Part shown: piece after piece, positions 7,668 through 18,152 of the stretch
Layout of the letters: each line of letters begins with the position of its first letter
Position numbering within the stretch: the first letter of the stretch is position 1
IMG/VR virus record: IMGVR_UViG_3300031732_000043
Location: 1-45,895 of that record
Length of the DNA: 45,895 nucleotides
From: a virus
Taxonomy: Duplodnaviria > Caudoviricetes
Reading direction: 5' to 3' (one strand)
The notes under the pieces: generated by a model
Database searches by the model: none
The model's input: only the letters and a program-made list of their open reading frames with translations
Told to the model about the DNA's origin: nothing
Made by a program: the position numbers and the translations under genes

Positions 7668-10040
7668 ATGGAACTGCCGGATTCGCTTCGGAACCTGCTT
7701 ACTGGGAACGCTTCTGATCCTGGGGCAGCGGGATCACCGTCCGAACGCTCGAAGCAGGTGGATGGTGGCCGCATCGTGGCTGAAGGTGAACAGGAAATCA
7801 GCATCCAGATCCCTGAAGATGCAGATGTGGATCGGGAACAGATTGAAGCAGCCCTTTCTGGCCGTGGTGGATCGGTAAACATCGAAGGCCAGGCGGGTGG
7901 GGATTCCCAGGTTACGCCAGTGGCCAGCGGGATGGACATCCACATCACAAATTCGGAATTCGATCTAACCAGATGGCAGGATTCCCCGTTTCTGGATGAT
8001 CGAATCGTTAACTTCGAGAAAAACAGAATCGATTATAATCAGACTGTGGCCGAGTGGATTCTGGCCCAGGATGATCTTATCCCCGGAATCCTAATCAGGC
8101 TGAAATCGCTTTTGCTGGGTGATGATGGGCTTCGGGTGGAACCCGAGGATCCAGATTCCCAGGCAGATCAGCGGCTGAAGGAACACCTGGAAGAAGTGTA
8201 TGCAGCCGATTCTGATCACGTCGAAGTAGACCCCCAGCGTGTGGTGGATCGGGTGCTGGAACAGAACGTGATGAACGCCGTGTGGGTGGGACGATCCACG
8301 GACCTTCAGCACCTGGATGTGGATGATCTTTCGTATATCAAGGACGGGGAAACCGGCCAGGAAGTATATATCCAACAGCCCACGGGATACACCACGTTTT
8401 CGATTAGCGATGATGGGGAACCATCGCTGGAATCTGATCACACCGAGGAATCCCAGGCATTGCTGATCGGGGAACACGTGCTGGATGTTCGGCTGTATCG
8501 AAACCCACCGCTGGAAGCCGTGGCCGATGATGTTGTGAACAAACTTCAGATGAAGCGATTCCAGGGCAGGAAGGCTGAAATCGCTTCCATCGGGGGGATT
8601 ATCATCCGGGTAAACCCACCGGCCTGGCTTGATGAAGAAGATTACGATCAATTCATCCGCGAACAGGATAATGAATTCGGTGATTCGGATGGCAGGCTGC
8701 TGGAACTGGTGATGGCCAGGCAGATCGAAGCCGCACTGGAAACGCTCGAAGATTATCAGTCGGCCACGGTGATGTCCATCCCCGAGAACTGGGAAATCGA
8801 AACGGTGGAACTGCCGGAAATGAACGAATCCATGCAGGATATGATCCGTGGATATAATGAAGCCATCGCCAGGCGGCTGCTGCTACCCCTGGATCTGCTG
8901 GAACTGGAAAAGGGAAGCGAACTATCCAGATCCACAATGATGCAGATGTTCCTGAACACGATGGCGGGCTGGCAGGGACAGATCACGGATATGTTCGATG
9001 GGTTCGGCAGGATCCAGGCCGACATTCACGGGATTGACGGCAGCGTAAGCCACAGCCTGCCCCAGATCAGTGCGAAGGACACCCAGGAAATCCTGAAACT
9101 ATTTAATTTCGCTGGGCTGCTGGGTCTTTCCCAGTCGGAAGCCCGTGAACTGGCGAACGTGCTGGAAGGGGTTGATCTGGATTCCGATAATTCTGGTGTG
9201 GATATGCCGGAACCAGGTGGCCCCGAGGATCCTGAAGAACGACAGCAGCAGATCGATGAAATGCTGGAAGAACAGCGAAATGGCCAAAATCAGGGGCCTG
9301 GAACCGAAGAAGAAGGGGATGAACCCCAGGGTGAAAGTGGTGAAACCACCACACAGCAGGCCGTTTCAGGTGATCGAAGCCCGAACAGTTCGGCTGAACC
9401 CCCCGAAGGGTTCCCCACCACCTGCCGTGACTGTGGTGATCGAACCCGGATGAAGGGAAATTTCGTATGCCCACAGTGCCACGATGATGTAGATCCAGAT
9501 GAATACGATGGGGAACTGGCCGCTGCCCTGTCAGATGAAGGGGCCATCAAACATGGACAGACAGGGGACCCGATCTGCTGGGTTTGTGGTGATGAAGCCC
9601 AGGTGGTGAACGTAACCCCACCGTATGAATTCGCCTGTTCGCATCACGGGATTTCCCCGAACCACGTGGCCATCGACGAAGCAGATCTGGATGCAGCCGC
9701 TGCTGGCCTGCCCGACAGTTGGGAAGAAGATGATCACGTGCAGGCAGCCCACGCTTTCACTGGGTTCAGATCTGCCAGGGAAGCCGCTGCCCACGTCAGA
9801 ACGCTAATCGAACAGCGAACGCCGAACGGTTACACCGGGGAAACGAAACGCGAAGGTGATGATCGATTCCAGATCCTGGTGTTCGATACGAACGGGGACT
9901 TTGATGGCAGCCTGCACGTTTCGAGGGACCCCACCAGGGAAACCAGGTGGATGGTGACTGGCGGGGATCGGTATTTCTCGGATCGAAGATTCGAGGAAGT
10001 GCGTGATCAGCGAAACAGCACCGAAGAACCTGGCGAATAG
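7668..10040 (+). CDS. Portal protein (putative) with long C-terminal extension
   Basis: 790 aa, positioned between terL and the gp7-like gene; helical core; acidic linker, then CxxC pairs. Confidence 0.7.
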   Translation: MELPDSLRNLLTGNASDPGAAGSPSERSKQVDGGRIVAEGEQEISIQIPEDADVDREQIEAALSGRGGSVNIEGQAGGDSQVTPVASGMDIHITNSEFDLTRWQDSPFLDDRIVNFEKNRIDYNQTVAEWILAQDDLIPGILIRLKSLLLGDDGLRVEPEDPDSQADQRLKEHLEEVYAADSDHVEVDPQRVVDRVLEQNVMNAVWVGRSTDLQHLDVDDLSYIKDGETGQEVYIQQPTGYTTFSISDDGEPSLESDHTEESQALLIGEHVLDVRLYRNPPLEAVADDVVNKLQMKRFQGRKAEIASIGGIIIRVNPPAWLDEEDYDQFIREQDNEFGDSDGRLLELVMARQIEAALETLEDYQSATVMSIPENWEIETVELPEMNESMQDMIRGYNEAIARRLLLPLDLLELEKGSELSRSTMMQMFLNTMAGWQGQITDMFDGFGRIQADIHGIDGSVSHSLPQISAKDTQEILKLFNFAGLLGLSQSEARELANVLEGVDLDSDNSGVDMPEPGGPEDPEERQQQIDEMLEEQRNGQNQGPGTEEEGDEPQGESGETTTQQAVSGDRSPNSSAEPPEGFPTTCRDCGDRTRMKGNFVCPQCHDDVDPDEYDGELAAALSDEGAIKHGQTGDPICWVCGDEAQVVNVTPPYEFACSHHGISPNHVAIDEADLDAAAAGLPDSWEEDDHVQAAHAFTGFRSAREAAAHVRTLIEQRTPNGYTGETKREGDDRFQILVFDTNGDFDGSLHVSRDPTRETRWMVTGGDRYFSDRRFEEVRDQRNSTEEPGE

Positions 10041-10042
10041 CG

Positions 10043-11035
10043 ATGGCTGGAACCCCGACAGAGACAGATAACCGAAGGGCGAGGCAGCGGTCCAGCCAGG
10101 TGGTTCGTGAACTTCGCCAGGAAATTCAAACCTGGATGGAAGATGAAGGAATCCAGATTTGGAACACATCCACTGGATCCCCGAGGGAACGCGCCAGGCA
10201 GATGAACGAAATAATCACTCGAATGTCCAGCGAAAAGTTCAGGCGGGAACTGCTGCCGTCGCTCGAAGAACAGCGGGAAATCACAATGCGACGGGCAGCG
10301 AACGCTTCGAGTGAAAACATCCGGCAGGCCCTTCAGGGGCAGGTGGATGAATCAGATCTGATCGGGCCAGTCGGACAGTTATCCCAGCGGGATCACCGCC
10401 TGAACAGCGTAATGTCCCAAATCGATGCTGGTGTGCTGTATGAAGATGGGGATTCCATCGCTGAACAGGTGGGTGATCGGATCAGTCGGCAGTTACGGAT
10501 CGGATTCGCTGAAGGGGAACCAGTCCGATCCACAGATCCAGATGCAACGGATCTAACCAGTCGGGTGCAGCGTGTGATGAACAATTCTGATTTGGATATA
10601 GCGGGCGATTCTGGCATGACTATCCAATCACGGGCTGAACTGATCAGCCACGATTCAATCCAGGATGCACACACCAGTGCAGCCCACCAGCGGTATCTGA
10701 ATAACGGATTCAGATATGCACGATATGATGCAGTGGTGGATAACAAGACATCCGAGGTGTGCAGCAGGATGAACGGAACAATAATAGATCTGAAAGATAA
10801 CCCAGGGATGAAACCACCGAACCATCCGTGGTGCAGATCGGACATCATCCCGCTGCTGGAACCAGATGGGGAAGCGATTTCCGAGGAAGAAATCGGTGAT
10901 GAACATCTGGATCAGATCTGGGGGACAAATTCCTTCAGGCCTACCGCCATCGATACGGAAGCCGAGTATAACCCGACAGTGCTAAACGATCTGATAAACC
11001 AGGCTGAAGCGAATCGGGCCAGTTCGCTGGGCTGA
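10043..11035 (+). CDS. SPP1 gp7 / Mu gpF head morphogenesis protein
   Basis: AVVDNKTSEVC...PPNHPWCRS motif. Confidence 0.88.
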   Translation: MAGTPTETDNRRARQRSSQVVRELRQEIQTWMEDEGIQIWNTSTGSPRERARQMNEIITRMSSEKFRRELLPSLEEQREITMRRAANASSENIRQALQGQVDESDLIGPVGQLSQRDHRLNSVMSQIDAGVLYEDGDSIAEQVGDRISRQLRIGFAEGEPVRSTDPDATDLTSRVQRVMNNSDLDIAGDSGMTIQSRAELISHDSIQDAHTSAAHQRYLNNGFRYARYDAVVDNKTSEVCSRMNGTIIDLKDNPGMKPPNHPWCRSDIIPLLEPDGEAISEEEIGDEHLDQIWGTNSFRPTAIDTEAEYNPTVLNDLINQAEANRASSLG

Positions 11036-11354
11036 ACCCGTCATGTGAATAAGCGAGGCGACAGAAACAGCCCCCAGATCAGAATCGATTCTGCGGGCCA
11101 TATTTGCGTTCTGATGGCGTTTAGGGTGGCAGGGATGTATCACACCCGGCGATAAAACAAACGGGTTTGGGCGTTTCAGCATGGTAAGACCCTTCAATTC
11201 AGCAGTTTCGGGTGGTTCAGGGGGTTACTTAAAGGACACCGCCGGGAATACTGCATATCATCTTTTTTAGGTATGTCACCCTATCACCCTGGGACCAAAA
11301 TAGGAACGTCCCCAACTTATAGGTAAGAGGGTTGAAGTAAACTAATTGGAAGTG

Positions 11355-11846
11355 ATGGAAGGTGATCGAAGCCAGCAGGGTGATCAGCCTGCTGTGGATC
11401 CTGGTGGAACAGAACGGAAAACATTCGGAACGAAACCATATCTGGATAAGGAAGGCCGGGAACTTCTGAATCGGGCTGCTGAACAGATTCAGCGGGATCT
11501 GCCGGAATACGTATCAGATCCTCGAAATCCATCTGCATCAGACTGCCTGAAGTGGCTGAAGGATCGAAGCGGTGAATATCTAAATTCCGAACTGATGGTG
11601 AATCTGCTGGCCAAAGGGCTTACTGCTGAAGAATCGCTGGTGTGGCTGCTGTGGAAGCACAGCGGGCTGTCACCCCGAGAAATATTCTACGCCCATGAAG
11701 GGAAGGAAACTGCTGGCCGTTCTGGGGTGGATCGCCAGGCCATCAGGAACATCCACGCCAGGATCAGAACGGCAGCGATGAAACTGGATGTAGATGTGGA
11801 TGCTGAACTGGAAGCTGATCTAAACGCACTGGATGGTGAATCCTGA
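11355..11846 (+). CDS. Putative HTH DNA-binding protein
   Basis: LTAEESLVWLLWKHSGLSPREI...IRNIHARIR resembles sigma-R4/LuxR-type HTH; TTATA at ~11317 upstream. Confidence 0.5.
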   Translation: MEGDRSQQGDQPAVDPGGTERKTFGTKPYLDKEGRELLNRAAEQIQRDLPEYVSDPRNPSASDCLKWLKDRSGEYLNSELMVNLLAKGLTAEESLVWLLWKHSGLSPREIFYAHEGKETAGRSGVDRQAIRNIHARIRTAAMKLDVDVDAELEADLNALDGES

Positions 11847-12241
11847 TGTCCAATTCCGAGGAACCCCCCGGATCCAGGCTTCAGGGGCTGAAGGAAGGAA
11901 GGCCGTGGGAACGCCTGTATGCGTATGCGTATTTCACCATCCTGCTGCTGATCATCATCGGTTCCCTGTCCGTTTCCATCTGGATGGGATGGATCGAACC
12001 GAACGTGGTGATCAATTTCCAGCCTGATCTGGGCTGGGTGGGTGAATACTTCGCTGGGCTGCTTCTGGTGCTGTTCGGCGTGTGGTCGTTCATCCAGTTA
12101 GTTCGGGTGGCTGGAATTGGCTTCTTCCGGGGCCTGATCGGAACCACCGCCAGAATAGCTGATAATTACGAACTGCCACAGCAAGCCGAAGGCCCACCGC
12201 CGGATCAGGAAGATCAGGATCAGGAAGAACGGGAATCCTGA
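11846..12241 (+). CDS. Membrane protein (2-3 TM)
   Basis: Hydrophobic segments; acidic tail. Confidence 0.7.
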   Translation: MSNSEEPPGSRLQGLKEGRPWERLYAYAYFTILLLIIIGSLSVSIWMGWIEPNVVINFQPDLGWVGEYFAGLLLVLFGVWSFIQLVRVAGIGFFRGLIGTTARIADNYELPQQAEGPPPDQEDQDQEERES

Positions 12242-12576
12242 TCCAGCCAGGCTGCCAGTGCAGATCCAGCAGCCACCAGAATTACATCCAACAGCACATC
12301 TTCTGCCACCTGATCTTCCCCCACTGATTTGTCTTTATAGGGCCAGGCACCCACGCTGAATTCACCCAGTTCAAAGGGAACGCTGATCAGCAGGCCGATC
12401 ACGGTGGCTTCTTTCGGTGATGTAAATCCAGGCAGTAGGCAGGCCGCCGATCCGATGCTTATCCCCGCTGTGAAGTGGGACAAATTATCCCACCACCAAA
12501 ACTGGCGGTATTCCCCGATTAGATGCAGACTGAAAGATGCAATCCCGGCCAGTAGGCCACGAATCACGGTGTGCAT
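12220..12576 (-). CDS. Small multi-pass membrane protein (WWD..SH..E..D, DUF2238/VanZ-like)
   Basis: Four hydrophobic segments with WWWDNLSHFTAG, FELGEF and EDVLLD. Confidence 0.65.
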   Translation of the reverse strand: MHTVIRGLLAGIASFSLHLIGEYRQFWWWDNLSHFTAGISIGSAACLLPGFTSPKEATVIGLLISVPFELGEFSVGAWPYKDKSVGEDQVAEDVLLDVILVAAGSALAAWLDQDSRSS

Positions 12577-12680
12577 ATCCCTACACAGGGCGAAACACTC
12601 GAAAATGCACATCCCGCTGGTTTTTGGAAGCAGCGTGATGGCTGTTTATACGGCGTTCGTGGATAGACCCAGATGCAGAT

Positions 12681-14735
12681 ATGGGTGCAGGTTCACAGAA
12701 CCAGGCAATTCACAGCCTGATCGAAGATTTACAGTCGGCTGCCGATACGCTGAACCATATCGCTGCACAGGAATACCAGTTCGATCTGAACGATTTCGTT
12801 CAGGGTGGTTCTGCCGGTGGTGACTGGCAGGGGATCATCCTGGATCGAACGGAAGAAGGTTCGTTCAGCGAACGAATCAGAACTGAAGATGGGGAATCTG
12901 CCGATGTTACGGTGGAAGGTTCACCGGAAAACCCAGCGTATCTGGTTCGTTCGATGCAGGAACGTGAAGATGGCTGGATTCCTGGAACTGCACGGATGGC
13001 ACACCGGGAAGAATCGATGGAATCCTGGAATGTTTCCCAGGATGAAATCGCTGAACTTCCTGATGAAGCATCCCAGCACAGCGATACATCCGATGATCCC
13101 GAGGAAGATGAAGAAGATCGGGGTGATCTGGAAGGGATGGCTGTGGACGGATCAGATCCGTTCCACGCTTCGCTGGAAGCCCAGGATGAACCCCAGGCTG
13201 ATGCAGATGGCCTTCGGGGGATCATCTGGGCTGAAGGCCAGCACGACCTGTGGGTGAACGGTGAACCCGCATCAGTTCACGTTCCGGCTGATACCATCCA
13301 GGCCACGTTCCAGCGGCTTCAGGAACGGATGGCTTCCGAGGGTGTGAAGATCGGCTTCGATCATCCCGATCAGGATTCTGTGGCTGCACAGACAGCACTG
13401 GGTGAAATCGGTGAAGCCCAGGAAGTGGTGCAGGCCACCGAGGAAGGCCAGGAAGTAATTGCGATGCGTGATTCCCAGTTCACGAATTCTAAGGCTGTGG
13501 AAGCCGCTGAAGCCGGAGAATTCGATGGCATGGGATTTTCCATCGTGGGAAACATCGCACTGGCCACTGGCGAAGATGGGGACCCCATCGAACGGGATGA
13601 TGGCAGCCTGGAAGTGGCTGCTGTGGACATCCAGCGTATCGATGTCGTTCCAGAACAGGCTGTGGAACAGGCACAGATCGGGAATCTGCCGGAAATGGCT
13701 TCAGCAGCAGCGGCTGCTGGCCGACTGGCGGCTGATTCCCCGAACCAGGCAGCCAAAGGGTTCGTTCGCACCCTTCGGGCTGCTGCTAACTCGGTTTCGG
13801 CAGCGAACAGGCCACTTCAGGCCGCTGTGGATCAGGCCATTCGTTCCCTGGATGTGGATCGATCAGATTCTATTCAGGCGATGGCCACCAGTGCAGGAAT
13901 CGAACCTGATACGGTTCGGCGCATCGTGAACAGTGGCAGAATAGACTGCCCACCCCAGGATGTGCTGGAAGGGTTCGCTTCAGCACTGGAAGTTCCTTCC
14001 GAGGAACTGATCGATGCAGCGGAAGCAGGTGGATGTGCGTATGGCGAAGCCGAACAAACCAAAGCGAACAATCACATGACAGATCAGGATACCACGGATG
14101 GTGATTCTTTCATCACGGACCCCGAAGATCTGGATGCAGCCCAGTCTGCACTATCCCAGGCTTCGGATGTGGTGGAAGCAAAAGATGAACAGATCCAAGA
14201 ACTGGAAGCGAAGATGGCCGATCTGACGGATCAGGCCCAGCACTTCGAGGAAATCGCTGCCAGTCATGGAATCGATCTTTCCGAAGATGATGTCTCCGCC
14301 CAGGATGTGGTAGATGCACACACCGAGGATCTTCGGACGGAAATCGCTGAACTGGAAGCAGCCCTTCCCGCTTACGATCTTTCTGAAGATGATCAGGAAG
14401 ATCGAACCGAGGAACTGGCCGGATCCAGCATCAGCGAACTGAAATCAATGGCGGGCGAGCGATGGCGGGAACACGGGAAGGCAGTTTCCAAACAGTCGGA
14501 ACTGTCGGCTGCCGTGGCTGCCGATGAATCGGTGGGCAGCGTGGAATCTGCATCCGGTTCGGATGGCGATGCAGATGAAGCAGCCCAGGACGTAATGACT
14601 GCACGGGAACTGATGCAGGCCAGCGATTCCGGCCAGTCGCCTGCCGAATTCGTGCAAGCGGAATACGGAATCAGCCCCGAGGATTACGATAATCCTGGGG
14701 AACTACAGTCGAAGATCACCGGGGGTGCTAACTAA
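12681..14735 (+). CDS. Prohead protease-scaffold fusion with extra domains
   Basis: Upstream of the capsid genes; GFDHP, GFSIVG and RIDVVP protease-like motifs; C-terminal acidic coiled coil. Confidence 0.72.
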   Translation: MGAGSQNQAIHSLIEDLQSAADTLNHIAAQEYQFDLNDFVQGGSAGGDWQGIILDRTEEGSFSERIRTEDGESADVTVEGSPENPAYLVRSMQEREDGWIPGTARMAHREESMESWNVSQDEIAELPDEASQHSDTSDDPEEDEEDRGDLEGMAVDGSDPFHASLEAQDEPQADADGLRGIIWAEGQHDLWVNGEPASVHVPADTIQATFQRLQERMASEGVKIGFDHPDQDSVAAQTALGEIGEAQEVVQATEEGQEVIAMRDSQFTNSKAVEAAEAGEFDGMGFSIVGNIALATGEDGDPIERDDGSLEVAAVDIQRIDVVPEQAVEQAQIGNLPEMASAAAAAGRLAADSPNQAAKGFVRTLRAAANSVSAANRPLQAAVDQAIRSLDVDRSDSIQAMATSAGIEPDTVRRIVNSGRIDCPPQDVLEGFASALEVPSEELIDAAEAGGCAYGEAEQTKANNHMTDQDTTDGDSFITDPEDLDAAQSALSQASDVVEAKDEQIQELEAKMADLTDQAQHFEEIAASHGIDLSEDDVSAQDVVDAHTEDLRTEIAELEAALPAYDLSEDDQEDRTEELAGSSISELKSMAGERWREHGKAVSKQSELSAAVAADESVGSVESASGSDGDADEAAQDVMTARELMQASDSGQSPAEFVQAEYGISPEDYDNPGELQSKITGGAN

Positions 14736-14737
14736 CG

Positions 14738-15151
14738 ATGTCGAACAGCAGATACGTGGCTTACCAGCCAGGTGAAACCGTTCCGGTGGAACTGGATGAT
14801 AATAACGCTGAAGTGGGTGATCTGATGGAAGTGTCTGGCGAAGGCACCGAATTCAGCCAGGTTCAGCGGGCCACGGATGATTCGGCTGCCATCGGGATGC
14901 TGGTGGCAGGCGATGAAACCACCGATCACGCTGTTCGGATTTCTAAGCCGGTGTGGTATCTCACCGAGGAAGGCAGCTACGATGCTTCCGCTGGTGATCT
15001 GGTGGCCGAACGTGCAGATGGCACAGTCAGCGATACAGAAAGCGACGGAACCACGGCTGTAACCCGTGGAACTGCTTACGGCCAGGTGTTCAGCACCCAC
15101 GTGCGTTCGCTGCACGTCGGGGATCGTATCGCTGTGGCCGTTTACAGGTAG
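14738..15151 (+). CDS. Capsid decoration/cement protein
   Basis: 137 aa beta-rich ORF between scaffold and major capsid gene; AIGML..GD, AGDLV pattern. Confidence 0.65.
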   Translation: MSNSRYVAYQPGETVPVELDDNNAEVGDLMEVSGEGTEFSQVQRATDDSAAIGMLVAGDETTDHAVRISKPVWYLTEEGSYDASAGDLVAERADGTVSDTESDGTTAVTRGTAYGQVFSTHVRSLHVGDRIAVAVYR

Positions 15152-15161
15152 GTGATCAAGA

Positions 15162-16265
15162 ATGGCATTTACACTTAGCAAGGCTGATCAGATCAGCCCC
15201 AAAACGCTTCGGAACGAAATCGTTCGTACCTGGGATAACCAGGAACGGGATGGTGCGCTTACTGCCACGGAAGTGTTCCCGCTGGTGGAACTGTCCGACA
15301 GTGAAGAAACCTACTTCACGATGGATGGCAGCGAAATGCCGCTGCCCCGTGGTGATCTTCAGTCGGAATCCACTGTGGTGGACATGGATGATCTGGATGA
15401 ATCCCAGATCGATGTGGAAACCTTCAAAGCGAAGATCGCACCGGAAAAGGGTGCGAACACGGAACTGAACACGGATCAGGAAATCCTGAATCTATTCGAG
15501 GCAGCAGCCGACGTGCTTCGGCTTCGGCTGGACCTGGCCCGTGAACTGGTGGCCTGGCGTGGCCACGGCGGGATCGAAGGGCTGATCGGTGAAGAAGGGG
15601 TTTCTGCACACTCGGATATTCGATCCGATGCTGTGATTACCCCCGGAACGGCCTTCAGCGATACGACGAACAGCAACCCCCAGAATCACTTCACGGAAGC
15701 CCAGTTCCAGATCGAAGAATACGGGGAAATGGTTACGATGGGGAACCTAACCGCATACGTTTCCCCCAGCGTAATCCGAGATCTGAAGCAGAACGATGAT
15801 CTGGAAGGCCGGTTCAGCGGTGTAGAAATCCAGGGGCTTACCGAAGATCAGGTGGCTAACATCCTTCCCGTCGAAAACCTCGAAGTGGTTCGTACACAGG
15901 TCGTTCGCACTGATGCGAACGGCGAACCCATCGATGATTCGGGGAACCCGGTGGCAAAACCGGAAAATGCAGCGAAGGATAACGTTCTGGAACCCTGGAA
16001 CGAATCGGCAGGGGAAAAGAAGCGTAACATCGTGATCGGAACCCCCGGTGAACAGTTCGCTTTCATCCCGTGGTTCGCGGATCGGCTGGCAGAACACGCT
16101 GAACAGGCACCGCCTGGCGGGAATTTCAGCGCGGATATGCAGAACGGGTTCCTAACCCAGATGTGGACAGAAAACGATCCCCTGGTGACGTGGATGAAAA
16201 TCGCCCAGGAAATCGGCTTCCACCTGCACCGGCCACGGAACTGGGCAGTGATCCAAGACATCTGA
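15162..16265 (+). CDS. Major capsid protein (HK97 fold, inferred)
   Basis: 367 aa, canonical position, GGTGA SD motif upstream. Confidence 0.82.
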   Translation: MAFTLSKADQISPKTLRNEIVRTWDNQERDGALTATEVFPLVELSDSEETYFTMDGSEMPLPRGDLQSESTVVDMDDLDESQIDVETFKAKIAPEKGANTELNTDQEILNLFEAAADVLRLRLDLARELVAWRGHGGIEGLIGEEGVSAHSDIRSDAVITPGTAFSDTTNSNPQNHFTEAQFQIEEYGEMVTMGNLTAYVSPSVIRDLKQNDDLEGRFSGVEIQGLTEDQVANILPVENLEVVRTQVVRTDANGEPIDDSGNPVAKPENAAKDNVLEPWNESAGEKKRNIVIGTPGEQFAFIPWFADRLAEHAEQAPPGGNFSADMQNGFLTQMWTENDPLVTWMKIAQEIGFHLHRPRNWAVIQDI

Positions 16266-16277
16266 AGGTGATCCCGG

Positions 16278-16724
16278 ATGGAAACACTGCACTGGCCGCG
16301 AAGAAGCCAGTTCCGTGATCCACAGCGTGATCTTCGGTTCAGCGGGCCTGGAACCTTCGAGGTTCCCGAGGAAGCCGCTGATGAATACCGATCACGTGGG
16401 TGGCAGGATCCCCCCGAAGAAGCCCAGGATGAATCCGAATCGGAAGCAGATACCGAGGAAGAAGATTCCGAGGAAGAAGAAGATCCCGAGGAAACCCAGG
16501 ACGAATCCGAATCGGAAGTAGATCCCGAGGAAGCCGATTCCGAAGAATTCGATGCTGCCGGGTTCGTGGATGATTCCTGGCAGGCTGTCACCAGTGCCAT
16601 CGAAGCCGGTGAAGTGGATGCACATCTGGTTGAAGTTCGGGAAGCCGAAGAAAGCGGAAATGGTGATCCTCGAAGTTCGGTGATCGAAGCCATCGAAGAA
16701 CGGGAAGATCAGGTTCAGGGGTGA
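16278..16724 (+). CDS. Acidic protein following the major capsid gene
   Basis: Hyper-acidic linker and C-terminal RSSVIEAIEER helix. Confidence 0.7.
   Translation: METLHWPRRSQFRDPQRDLRFSGPGTFEVPEEAADEYRSRGWQDPPEEAQDESESEADTEEEDSEEEEDPEETQDESESEVDPEEADSEEFDAAGFVDDSWQAVTSAIEAGEVDAHLVEVREAEESGNGDPRSSVIEAIEEREDQVQG
16408..16547 (+). repeat. Imperfect tandem duplication within the acidic linker
   Basis: CCCAGGA(T/C)GAATCCGAATCGGAAG(C/T)AGA occurs twice (QDESESE x2). Confidence 0.6.
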
Positions 16725-16731
16725 ATCCCAG

Positions 16732-17085
16732 ATGTCGTGGCTGCTGGATCTGATCGAAGCAGCCCAGGCACACACCTGGGTGATGGTGTTCGTGCTGTGG
16801 CTAACAGTCGTTGCTGGCGGGAAACTGATCCACGCGAAGGTTCAGGATAACGGCAGCGACATCGAAGATCTGGCCGAAGAACAACAGCAGATGGCCCAGG
16901 AAGTTCATAGCATCGATATGAAACAGGATCACATCGTGGAACGCCAGGAAGTGGTGCTGGATCAGATTGGTGTGAACGAACAGGAAATTCAGGAACTGCG
17001 GGAAGAACAGGCCCGACTGGATGTAAAGACCAAAATCGATGATGTGTTTTACCGCGGGGATGGATCCGATTCCGGGGATGATTAA
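16732..17085 (+). CDS. Single-TM protein with coiled coil
   Basis: N-terminal hydrophobic helix, then heptad-like Q/E-rich region. Confidence 0.7.
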   Translation: MSWLLDLIEAAQAHTWVMVFVLWLTVVAGGKLIHAKVQDNGSDIEDLAEEQQQMAQEVHSIDMKQDHIVERQEVVLDQIGVNEQEIQELREEQARLDVKTKIDDVFYRGDGSDSGDD

Positions 17086-17087
17086 CC

Positions 17088-17561
17088 GTGGGTAAAGTCA
17101 CTTCCTCGGATCTGGATGATGATCACTGGGCCACCACTGCCCAGGTGCTGGATCACATCGACATTCCACAGAAGGGATCCGATCCAGATGTGGAATCGTG
17201 GATTGTTTCGGCCACGCATACGGTTCAGTCGTGGTGGAAGGAAGCCACGGATGGCGATATTTCGGGTGATCTTCCCGATACGGATTCATCGGATCCGAAC
17301 ACCTTCGAGGAAGATCAGCCGCTGCTGAACGATGCAGTGGCACTGCTGGCAGCCAGCGAAGCCCACGAATCAAAGGCTCAGAACATCCGGGATGATGAAG
17401 AAGCAGATCGGAAGCACGTGTTCCTGGAACGTCGGGCTGAATCGAAGTTCGATAACTGGAAAACACGGAAGGGATACGGATCCACCGATACGGTGCAGAA
17501 ACAGGATCGATCCCCATCCGTGGGCAGATCCAGTTCGCTGATCGATCTGGGTGATCAGTGA
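17088..17561 (+). CDS. Head-tail adaptor (putative)
   Basis: Position; WATTAQV..HI and LNDAVALLAA pattern of gp6/gp15-like connectors. Confidence 0.55.
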   Translation: MGKVTSSDLDDDHWATTAQVLDHIDIPQKGSDPDVESWIVSATHTVQSWWKEATDGDISGDLPDTDSSDPNTFEEDQPLLNDAVALLAASEAHESKAQNIRDDEEADRKHVFLERRAESKFDNWKTRKGYGSTDTVQKQDRSPSVGRSSSLIDLGDQ

Positions 17562-18085
17562 TGGGTGATAACCAGGTATCCATCGAAGTGGATGTGGAAG
17601 AAGCCCAGGCAGCCGTGGAAGCCTGGCGTGAAGCCATCGGTGATGGTGCTGAAGGGGCTGTTCGGCAGTTAGCAGTGCTGTCTGAACAGCACATGAAGGA
17701 AGAAGCACCGGAAGGTGTGGGCCACCCTGATGTGAACCTTCAGAACACCATCGCTTCGGAAGAAGTGGAATCCGATCCACCGATCATGCTGATCAAACCG
17801 AGGAAACTAACGGATGATGGCTGGCCGCTGCACCACGCCATCATCGGTGAACCCTCGGTTCCCCAATACAGCGATACAAAGCCCCCCATCGATCCACTGA
17901 TGGCGTGGGCAGCGGCTAAACTCGGGGATCCCCAAGCAGCCTGGCCGATTCGGGAAACAATCTTCCAGGATGGGCACAAATCGTTCCCGAACCCGTTCGT
18001 GGATCGATCCATCGAATCCTGGAACGATCAGATCCAGGATGTGGCGGATGATGCAGTGGCCCAGGCGTTCAGCGGGGTGCTGTAA
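17558..18085 (+). CDS. Neck protein, HK97 gp10-like
   Basis: MKEEAP..G...LQNTI and PNPFVDRSI motifs. Confidence 0.65.
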   Translation: MMGDNQVSIEVDVEEAQAAVEAWREAIGDGAEGAVRQLAVLSEQHMKEEAPEGVGHPDVNLQNTIASEEVESDPPIMLIKPRKLTDDGWPLHHAIIGEPSVPQYSDTKPPIDPLMAWAAAKLGDPQAAWPIRETIFQDGHKSFPNPFVDRSIESWNDQIQDVADDAVAQAFSGVL

Positions 18086-18152
18086 TAGTCATGGATCCGG
18101 GAACGCTTCATGGCACGCAGGTGCTGGCACGCAAGCTGGGGGTGGGGAAATA

